A stretch of 44,583 nt of DNA from a virus (lineage: Duplodnaviria; Caudoviricetes), in IMG/VR virus record IMGVR_UViG_3300010371_000017, positions 1 to 44,583 of that record. One strand, given 5' to 3'. The notes beneath the pieces were generated by a model that was given only the letters and a program-made list of their open reading frames with translations, was not told the origin of the DNA and did not search any database. The translations under genes and the position numbers were made by a program. Each line of letters starts with the position of its first letter. Position 1 is the first letter of the stretch. Shown here in pieces: positions 37,715 through 44,583 of this stretch.

Positions 37715-38191
37715 ATGAAAAGAACAGAAGAATCAAAATCAGATGAATATGGTACTCCACCTGAGAAACTTCCAGAGATATTTGAAATAGCAGGATTTGT
37801 GCCAACATTAGATCCATTTGCAACTGAGGCCAATGCAATATTTCCTCATTTTTTCACAAAAGAGCAAGACGCATTTAAACAGGACTGGACTGAAGACGCT
37901 TACGTTAATGGGCCATTCTCAATGACAGAAGAAACAGTAGTAAAGTGTCACGAAGAATGGAAAAAACATAACATCAACATAGCCATGTTAATTTCAGCCA
38001 GGTCTATGAGAACAAACTACTGGCATGACATCATAGAAGCAAATCATATTTTCTACAAGCCATTAAAGGGTGCTATTTGCTTCCTAGTAGACGGTAAACC
38101 ATATAGAGATAAAAAAGGTAGAAAATCCTACCATCAACAGGCCTTCCTAGTTGTGGCTTGGAGAAAGAGAACTACAGACCAAATTGTATAG
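37715..38191 (+). CDS. Phage-type DNA N6-adenine methyltransferase (Dam_phage-like)
   Basis: DEYGTP, LDPFA...NA, FFTKEQDAF.QDW, catalytic YVNGPFS. Confidence 0.8.
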   Translation: MKRTEESKSDEYGTPPEKLPEIFEIAGFVPTLDPFATEANAIFPHFFTKEQDAFKQDWTEDAYVNGPFSMTEETVVKCHEEWKKHNINIAMLISARSMRTNYWHDIIEANHIFYKPLKGAICFLVDGKPYRDKKGRKSYHQQAFLVVAWRKRTTDQIV

Positions 38192-38386
38192 GTATTTTGG
38201 ATTACCTTTTGGACAATAGGTTTTGTAGTATTGTTCCCTTGTTAGCAGAGTACTTCCAGTAAATGGAATCAACTCTTGCAACCATTCTTGGTATGTTTTC
38301 ATGTCCTATTTACAGGACACATGTATTTAAAATAGTACATACTTTTACAACTAGTAATTGTTGGATAGTAATTAAATACTATTGGA

Positions 38387-38701
38387 ATGATTGATGTATT
38401 CATGGAACAACCAAAATGCCCAAATGATGAGTTCTGCTCTCATGGCCCTGGAGACCATGACGAAGGTGCTTGTTACTATGTGACAAACACTAATCTCATA
38501 AACGAGAACAACGTAAACAAATACTGCAAGTGTATTATAACAGATAACATACGCAGATTTGAGAGATTAGGATTCATGCCTCAAACAGAGCATGATAGCA
38601 TGATAACAAAACGTTGTTCCACCTGTGGAATCGCAGTAATGCTGAGAACAGATGAAGTTACATGCATGACATGTAAAGAGTTGTCAGGAATGACACTCTA
38701 A
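38387..38701 (+). CDS. Cys/His-rich Zn-binding protein
   Basis: C....C.H...H...C...CxC plus CSTC..CMTC. Confidence 0.6.
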   Translation: MIDVFMEQPKCPNDEFCSHGPGDHDEGACYYVTNTNLINENNVNKYCKCIITDNIRRFERLGFMPQTEHDSMITKRCSTCGIAVMLRTDEVTCMTCKELSGMTL

Positions 38702-38759
38702 CCCCAAACTTTTTAAAAAGCGGTAGATTTAATAGGTAGTATTAAAAACCTTTAGTTAG

Positions 38760-39200
38760 ATGTTAGATTTACTAGAAGTAATAGTAGAAAAACGTGATTA
38801 CAAACTAAAATTTGTATGGGGCTGTACAGAGATAGTCCAAGGTGAGAACTGCCAAAGACCAATCAGCCTTTTAATTGATAGAACTCCAGAAGAGGTCTCT
38901 GAGGGTAAGAGAAACATAAAGCAAAAATGCTTTAGTGGCCATGTAACCAGGCCCCATAAAAAATGTACAAAATGTGGTGCAATATACGAGATGGAACAAC
39001 TAGACTGCGATAACTGTGAGGGAAGAGTGAGAAATCTTGCCCAGGCAGAAGTTGAAAAAGTAAGTGCAGAAAAGAGAATTATCAAAATCAAAAAACAGTT
39101 CAAAAAAGGTGAACTAGACGAGAAGAATTTTAATGAGCAAATCAACACGCTTGAGCAAATTATCAAAATCTCAGAAGCCATCACAAAAGAACTCACGTAG
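38760..39200 (+). CDS. Zn-ribbon plus coiled-coil protein
   Basis: CTKC...CDNC; own TATA box. Confidence 0.65.
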   Translation: MLDLLEVIVEKRDYKLKFVWGCTEIVQGENCQRPISLLIDRTPEEVSEGKRNIKQKCFSGHVTRPHKKCTKCGAIYEMEQLDCDNCEGRVRNLAQAEVEKVSAEKRIIKIKKQFKKGELDEKNFNEQINTLEQIIKISEAITKELT

Positions 39201-39636
39201 AGTTTGTCCAAAATGTCATGGTAGAGGATGGCTAAATAAGAGCCATTACTCACAAGGTAGGTTAGTAGAATACAAAGTTCGTGACTACTTGACTGAAAGA
39301 GGATGGAATGTAACTAGATCCTATGGTTCAAAGGGAGTTTATGACTTGATAGCAGAAAAGAATGGATGGAGATTAGGAATACAGGTAAAAGGACTATCTT
39401 CAAAGAACAAATCATATCTAACACCAAAAGATAGACTAGCATTGAATCAAGAACTAGATGTACAAAACCAACCTGATACATATTACAAAATGTATGTATG
39501 GAGAGGATTAAAACAACCACCAAAAGAGGTATTATTTGATTATCCAATAGATGTCATACATGTATACAAGGATGGGCCTAAGATGGTATGGAAGAAACTC
39601 ATAGAAAAAGATGTTTGGGTAGACTTTAAACTATAA
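39133..39636 (+). CDS. hjc: Hjc-type Holliday junction resolvase with N-terminal CxxC
   Basis: G...E..V...L...GW.V.RS.GS.G..DLIA......IQVK. Confidence 0.8.
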   Translation: MSKSTRLSKLSKSQKPSQKNSRRVCPKCHGRGWLNKSHYSQGRLVEYKVRDYLTERGWNVTRSYGSKGVYDLIAEKNGWRLGIQVKGLSSKNKSYLTPKDRLALNQELDVQNQPDTYYKMYVWRGLKQPPKEVLFDYPIDVIHVYKDGPKMVWKKLIEKDVWVDFKL

Positions 39637-39660
39637 TAAGCATAAATAGTAATTCATATC

Positions 39661-39978
39661 ATGGTATACTTTGATTTGACCAAGGTAAAAGACATCCTGG
39701 GTGAGACTGGAGATTCTAACAACGTTAAAATAAACAGATATGGACTAATGGCTGATAATTTCATTAATTCTGACTTGACTGGAGTAGAACCAACATTACC
39801 ACTTAATCCAGTTCCAGACACTGTTCAAAAAATAGCCATAGAATTAACTGTAGCATATTTTTACAAATTTGAGAATGGTGATACTACTACTGCAGACCAG
39901 GCAGAAGAGACTTGGGCAAGATATTTTGTAGGTAAGTATAAAAGACCGAGATTTTACGCAACTACAGGAACTTACTAG
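39661..39978 (+). CDS. Head-tail adaptor (gp6/gp15/Mu gp36-like)
   Basis: Y.....VK..LG......I.....A...INS.L.....LPL.PVP..V..IA..L helical-bundle pattern. Confidence 0.6.
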   Translation: MVYFDLTKVKDILGETGDSNNVKINRYGLMADNFINSDLTGVEPTLPLNPVPDTVQKIAIELTVAYFYKFENGDTTTADQAEETWARYFVGKYKRPRFYATTGTY

Positions 39979-39980
39979 TC

Positions 39981-40259
39981 ATGCCTTACTGTTATTTTGT
40001 TCTAAAGGGTAGTGGACACATAAAAGACCTGCCTTTATTCTACCAATATTTTGAAGAACTACTCAGGCCTGTACTACATCAAGTAGTAGACATCAAAGGC
40101 AAACAATACAAAGTAATAGACATCAATCCAATCACAAACCCAACAGGTGGAAACGTAACTTACTACCTGGAACCTTATAATACTTTCTTTCCATACCGTA
40201 CACCAAAGAAGGGATCAAGTCATGGTGGATATGGTGGGCCAGAGTTCAGCAAGATTTAA
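39981..40259 (+). CDS. Possible head-closure protein
   Basis: QVVDIKGKQYKVIDINP beta pattern; adjacent to the adaptor gene. Confidence 0.35.
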   Translation: MPYCYFVLKGSGHIKDLPLFYQYFEELLRPVLHQVVDIKGKQYKVIDINPITNPTGGNVTYYLEPYNTFFPYRTPKKGSSHGGYGGPEFSKI

Positions 40260-40284
40260 ATTCAAGCCATTATAAGAAGACCAC

Positions 40285-40512
40285 ATGTACCCAACCAAGC
40301 CAGTTCTTGTTTGTACAAACTGTGGTAAAAACCTGGAAGAAGAATTTGCAAAACTAAAACCAAAACAAAGTTCAATATTTTGTACTTGTGGATGGGGTAA
40401 AGAAGTAAGAAAATCGATACTGGAAGATGAAAAACATATATCTTATGAACAAGCAGGTAAAGATCCTATGGCAGAAAAAATGCTTGACGGATTATGGAGA
40501 CTTAGAGCATAA
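40285..40512 (+). CDS. Zn-ribbon protein
   Basis: CTNCG...CTCG. Confidence 0.65.
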   Translation: MYPTKPVLVCTNCGKNLEEEFAKLKPKQSSIFCTCGWGKEVRKSILEDEKHISYEQAGKDPMAEKMLDGLWRLRA

Positions 40513-41399
40513 TGTATTGTGTAAGAAAAGTTTTTGAAATGGAAAAACCTGATGATATTTATCAGTTAAGACCATTAGGAGATATTCACATTGGTTCTCC
40601 TGCCTTTGACCAGGACAAGTTTGAGAGTGTTGTAAACAGTATTTCTAAAATGGAAAATGCTATAGTAATAGGCATGGGTGATTACATTGATAATGTACAA
40701 GCCTGGGCCCAAGGTGGTAATGACAAGAGATGGAATTATCATGCTCAGAATAGAAAACAAATGACTACATTAGAACAAGTTGTTTATTTTACTCAACAAT
40801 GGTCTAAAATTGCAGATAAATGTGTAGGATTACACTCAGGTAATCACGAATGGAAGACAGTAGATCAACAGAGATTTATTATGGACTTTTGTAATCCAAT
40901 AACTGCCAGAATAGTAGAGACAAAAACTGGGCTCCAACATATAGAACCAATAATAAATCCAGAAACTAGAAAGCCAGACGTTTTATACTCTAATGACTAT
41001 CTTGGAAGACTAGCGTATGTCAATTTAGGGTTCAATTACAAAGGAAAGAGAATAAGAGACTTTTTGGTATTATCAATGCATGGTGGATATGCAGGTATGA
41101 AGGCAGGTGGAGCAGTAAACCGTATGAAGGATATTACAGGTGACTTTGACGCTGATATTGTTTTGATGGGCCATAATCACGATACATGGACAAGGCCAGT
41201 ATTAAGAATTGGATATGATTTGAAATCAAACTCTCCAGTAGAACGTACAATCAGACTTGCAAACACAGGAACCTTTATGAAATCGTATGCTAAAGATAAT
41301 GACGGATATGTTGAAATCAATCCAAAAGAAGCAAAAAGAGTTGGAACAGTGACAATCACACTACATCCAGAAACAGGGAAGACAGATGGCCATGACTAG
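40512..41399 (+). CDS. Calcineurin-like metallophosphoesterase
   Basis: GDIHIG, GDYID, GNHE, HG and GHNH motifs. Confidence 0.9.
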   Translation: MYCVRKVFEMEKPDDIYQLRPLGDIHIGSPAFDQDKFESVVNSISKMENAIVIGMGDYIDNVQAWAQGGNDKRWNYHAQNRKQMTTLEQVVYFTQQWSKIADKCVGLHSGNHEWKTVDQQRFIMDFCNPITARIVETKTGLQHIEPIINPETRKPDVLYSNDYLGRLAYVNLGFNYKGKRIRDFLVLSMHGGYAGMKAGGAVNRMKDITGDFDADIVLMGHNHDTWTRPVLRIGYDLKSNSPVERTIRLANTGTFMKSYAKDNDGYVEINPKEAKRVGTVTITLHPETGKTDGHD

Positions 41400-41649
41400 T
41401 TCTACTAGGCCCCCAGGTAAGATAATTCCAAGGTCAAGACCACCAAAGGATCTAGTAGTTATTGAAGAATCACCATTAGAGATACCTGATGGATGGTTTA
41501 CAATCTTACAAGTCAAATCAACGTATAGTCAAAGAGGATTAAGGGATGTTCTATCAAGGATGGTTGTAGATGGTCAGTTGCAAACAAAAACAGGTAAGGT
41601 AAAACTAAAGACTGGCATGAGAACAATGAACATATACAAGAAGATATGA
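41386..41649 (+). CDS. Putative winged-helix DNA-binding protein
   Basis: WFT.......S...LR..L.RMV..G.L.......Y pattern. Confidence 0.55.
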   Translation: MAMTSSTRPPGKIIPRSRPPKDLVVIEESPLEIPDGWFTILQVKSTYSQRGLRDVLSRMVVDGQLQTKTGKVKLKTGMRTMNIYKKI

Positions 41650-41846
41650 GAACTATACCACTAACACCATTCCAATTCTTCTTTATCCTATGTTTTAGTA
41701 TAATGTCAATTTCAATAGAGTGTTATATTCATGGAATTAACGAACTTGGCAGTATAATTGTCTTCTGCCTTGGTGCTATGGGAATGTTTATTATTCTAGT
41801 TTGTAAACTAATTGATTTTCTAAGTAAGAGAGTAAGATTCCAATGA
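41646..41846 (+). CDS. Two-TM membrane protein
   Basis: Hydrophobicity. Confidence 0.6.
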   Translation: MRTIPLTPFQFFFILCFSIMSISIECYIHGINELGSIIVFCLGAMGMFIILVCKLIDFLSKRVRFQ

Positions 41847-42127
41847 TGAGTAAGAAAAGGCCTATAGCATGTACAGTAGATTATAAATTTGAACGAAAAC
41901 CACACGAAGATCCAGATACTATGGCATTTCATCACCCATTCAGGAATCATGTAGACATTTACTTGGATCTAATAGAATCTCCAGAAGACCTTTATCTAAC
42001 AATCAGACATGAAGCACTACATGAGTGTTTTCTATCAGAAGACCTTGACGCTGACGTAGAACATAAAATGATAACTGCGTTGGAATGGTTTGACCATGAT
42101 ATGTACACACCTACAGACCTGGATTAA
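41843..42127 (+). CDS. Minimal zincin-like metallopeptidase
   Basis: TIRHEALHE HExxH motif with a downstream EH. Confidence 0.65.
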   Translation: MMSKKRPIACTVDYKFERKPHEDPDTMAFHHPFRNHVDIYLDLIESPEDLYLTIRHEALHECFLSEDLDADVEHKMITALEWFDHDMYTPTDLD

Positions 42128-42161
42128 ATACCTTAAATATTATTCCAGTAATACTTAACCT

Positions 42162-42653
42162 ATGGGGAAAACAGGTAAGCCAGATTCTGGAACTCAGTTA
42201 GCAAATCACAAGGCCTGTAAGGAAGCCTTTGAGAAAGGATGGGGTGTACTGTTTGCCTCTAAAATGCTCAAACTAAACAAGAATACAGTATCAGACTACT
42301 ATGATAAACTAAGAACTGACTTTTTACAACATGAGGGTAATAACTTCATCAATCAACAGAAGATGGCCAAGGAGTTTGCCATCAAGGCCCTGGATGATGA
42401 AATATCAGAACTTGATGATCTAATAGATGATAAAGAAAATGGGTTTTACAAGAGATATTTGGATGATAGTGAAAATCCAGCCTGGGGTAGTCTATTAAAA
42501 TCTACTATAGAATTGAGATCAAATCTAAAACAACAGAAATTTGCACTATCAATGGCTCCTACCTTGGATGTGTCAATAGAGACTATCATCATGGAAGCCC
42601 AAGGAGAGAGAACGAGAATTGTCGCAGAATCCAGGACTATCAGTACTCACTAA
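42162..42653 (+). CDS. terS: Terminase small subunit (putative)
   Basis: N-terminal HTH (ASKMLKLNKNTVSDYY), helical oligomerisation region; overlaps the TerL ATPase gene. Confidence 0.65.
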   Translation: MGKTGKPDSGTQLANHKACKEAFEKGWGVLFASKMLKLNKNTVSDYYDKLRTDFLQHEGNNFINQQKMAKEFAIKALDDEISELDDLIDDKENGFYKRYLDDSENPAWGSLLKSTIELRSNLKQQKFALSMAPTLDVSIETIIMEAQGERTRIVAESRTISTH

Positions 42654-43605
42654 GTATAGTTCTCTAGCAGAGAGAATTAAGAAGACTTTACCACCAATAC
42701 AAAGTAGGGATGTTCCAGTCTTTGTTAAAGCAGACTCGTTAAGAAATCTATCAAGAGTTGAGGCTCTAACATACAAGTGGACTGAGATGAACCGTATAAT
42801 TGGTAATCCAATACACCCAGGTACTGGAAAGGTATGTCCAGTAACACCATCTCAGATAGCATATCATAATGTGTGGAATCTAACACATAGAGTAGCATAT
42901 AACAAGTCAAGAAAGAGGGGTGCAACAGAAGCCTCATTAAGAACCGTATTAGAGAACTGTTTTGATAGGTATGTTGGTCATAAAGTCATTATGATCTCAG
43001 GTAACAGACAGAGCCAGGCTGATGACTATTTGACCAGGTTTGATGACTTGCTTTGGGGCCCAAATGATAAAGGATGGACTGACGCTGAAGGCAAACTATG
43101 GAAATATGGAGACTTGGTATCTCAGAAAAGACACGATACCATGAAAATGACATGTGGGGTGGAACTACAAACTATACCTGCTAACGAATATGCAGTTAGA
43201 GGTCTTGAGAATGTCAAATGTGTTTTGTTTATAGAGTGTGCCCACATTGACAGGACTGAAGATAAGAAGGTATATACTGCAACTCACCCACTTGCTTCTA
43301 ATGATGATACAATGGATTTTATCTTGGAGACTACACCAAACGGTAAGCGTGGGTTCTTCTACAATAATTTTATCAATCCAACTACAGAATATTTCAAACT
43401 AGAATACGATTACACTTCTGCAATAGAAGAGGGCCTAATGACTCAGCAGTTCATAGACAAGGAAAAGAACAACCCTGAAATTGACTGGGAACAGGAGTAC
43501 TGTTGTAAATTCACAACATCCAACTCTGCAGTCTTTAAAGAAGGAAGTGTGGTGTATTTGCCTGAACAAGTAACAGATTATTCTGACATACTCAATAGTA
43601 AATAG
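42619..43605 (+). CDS. terL: Terminase large subunit, stand-alone ATPase domain
   Basis: Q motif (TPSQ), Walker A KSRKRGAT, VRG...VLFIECAH Walker B region, ETTPNG..GFFY coupling motif; ends just after QEYCCKF....AVF. Confidence 0.88.
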   Translation: MSQNPGLSVLTKYSSLAERIKKTLPPIQSRDVPVFVKADSLRNLSRVEALTYKWTEMNRIIGNPIHPGTGKVCPVTPSQIAYHNVWNLTHRVAYNKSRKRGATEASLRTVLENCFDRYVGHKVIMISGNRQSQADDYLTRFDDLLWGPNDKGWTDAEGKLWKYGDLVSQKRHDTMKMTCGVELQTIPANEYAVRGLENVKCVLFIECAHIDRTEDKKVYTATHPLASNDDTMDFILETTPNGKRGFFYNNFINPTTEYFKLEYDYTSAIEEGLMTQQFIDKEKNNPEIDWEQEYCCKFTTSNSAVFKEGSVVYLPEQVTDYSDILNSK

Positions 43606-43992
43606 TTTATATTGATACTTCAACCAAAATAAATTTACATGTTTATTGAGGTAATTGTAGATAAAGATGGTAAAGAGGGTACTATGGAGATCCATATATC
43701 CAAGGCCAGTAAGTCATGTAAAGACTTGGAGAGACAAGGCATAAAATTCAGACTTGGAAGAGTAGTATATCATAATTAATATAGTACCCAGTTTTGTAGT
43801 ATATCATGTGTCAATGTCCAAATGATAAACACTTCCAAGGATGTTCAATAACTCCAGAAGAAGGAGAATTTTGTATTTGGTGTATCAAGGGATGTCTTAA
43901 ACGAATCAATATAGTTCATGTAAGACTGTAACCCTTTTACCCTTATTTTTAGTTGAGATGTGTTTAAATATCATCAATTCTATAACAAATCC

Positions 43993-44082
43993 ATGAAATC
44001 GTGTAGAATCTGTCAAGGTGCAGGAGAAAATGGAGATGGGGTATTCTGTACTGAATGTAATGGAAGTGGCCAACAACAATGA
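43993..44082 (+). CDS. 29-aa DnaJ-type CxxCxGxG zinc-finger microprotein
   Basis: Hand translation MKSCRICQGAGENGDGVFCTECNGSGQQQ; ATGA-coupled to the next gene. Confidence 0.6.
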   Translation: MKSCRICQGAGENGDGVFCTECNGSGQQQ

Positions 44083-44285
44083 GAGACCAACCAAACATCA
44101 ATATTGAACCATTGGTAATGACTGGAACCTTTACTGCCAGAATCATGTCTTCCAAAGGAGAGGATAAATTCTATGATGTAGATGTAACTGGGCCTGACTT
44201 TTGTACTTGCCCAGGATTTGAATACAGAGGTAACTGCAGACATATCAAGGAACTACGAACCAAACTAGGAATAGATGGTGTATGA
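44079..44285 (+). CDS. SWIM zinc-finger protein
   Basis: S.....Y.V......CTCP.......CRHI. Confidence 0.8.
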   Translation: MRDQPNINIEPLVMTGTFTARIMSSKGEDKFYDVDVTGPDFCTCPGFEYRGNCRHIKELRTKLGIDGV

Positions 44286-44470
44286 CAATAGTAAATAATA
44301 CTAAAGAGTGGTATAGATTATATGATTTAATGGAGTTCAAAGGTAACTGGAAGAGATTTTTCTGTAATCACAAGAAAAATAAATCAGTTTTTATGACATC
44401 AGACACAATGCTGGAAGGGCAGGGGTTTCGTGAGTGTGAAAACTGCAAAAAGGTGTGGATGATATATTGA
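44282..44470 (+). CDS. Small Zn-binding protein
   Basis: FCNH...CENC. Confidence 0.55.
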   Translation: MTIVNNTKEWYRLYDLMEFKGNWKRFFCNHKKNKSVFMTSDTMLEGQGFRECENCKKVWMIY

Positions 44471-44583
44471 AGAAATCACTACAAGAAATACTAGATCAAG
44501 ATGATTCATTAATGAAATCACTACTAGAAAAATATCCAGAACTATTACTAGCAAACTATGGACACCAAGAAGAGAAATGACTA
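44461..44583. repeat. Terminal direct repeat, right copy
   Basis: Identical to 1-123. Confidence 0.97.

Noticed and set aside
3425-38455. 16-nt match TCATGGCCCTGGAGAC at about 3425 and about 38440 as att sites
   Set aside because: Both copies encode HGPGD inside Zn-finger ORFs and there is no integrase; likely a shared motif or chance.
43500-43605. Split intein or intron joining the TerL halves
   Set aside because: No intein N-terminal block, no terminal HN motif in the partner, and no group I/II or bulge-helix-bulge features seen.
444-44243. Most minus-strand ORFs in the track (e.g. 3472..3915, 8264..8587, 18564..19043, 38798..39253)
   Set aside because: Antisense shadows of well-supported + strand genes, with no motifs.

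Overview
The window is a complete, circularly permuted genome of about 44,460 bp (bases 1-123 are repeated exactly at 44461-44583) of a head-tail dsDNA virus (Caudoviricetes-like). The host is almost certainly archaeal and most plausibly a thaumarchaeon (Nitrososphaeria). Evidence for this: viral MCM helicase, RadA, an Hjc-type resolvase, RHH regulators, TATA boxes about 25-30 nt ahead of apparently leaderless start codons, and a PEF-CTERM-like archaeosortase signal. Nearly all genes are on the + strand. The modules are: packaging (TerS, and a TerL split into separate ATPase and nuclease genes about 7.4 kb apart), an accessory block between those halves (WbqC-like protein, PIG-L deacetylase, two glycosyltransferases, many Cys-rich microproteins), portal, a cluster of structured putative ncRNAs, a membrane/surface/papain-protease block, adhesin/fibre genes, head genes, tail genes and replication/recombination genes. 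I saw no integrase, DNA polymerase, primase, tRNA or CRISPR array. The most unusual signals are: (1) six separately punctuated, pseudoknotted putative ncRNAs flanking the portal gene; (2) the split terminase; (3) a glycosylate/deacetylate/aminoacylate gene set; (4) a recurrent KFxRI/(K/R)xA motif in head-associated proteins; (5) apparently strong synonymous avoidance of several restriction-type sites. All calls come from reading motifs by eye; no database searches or folding programs were run.
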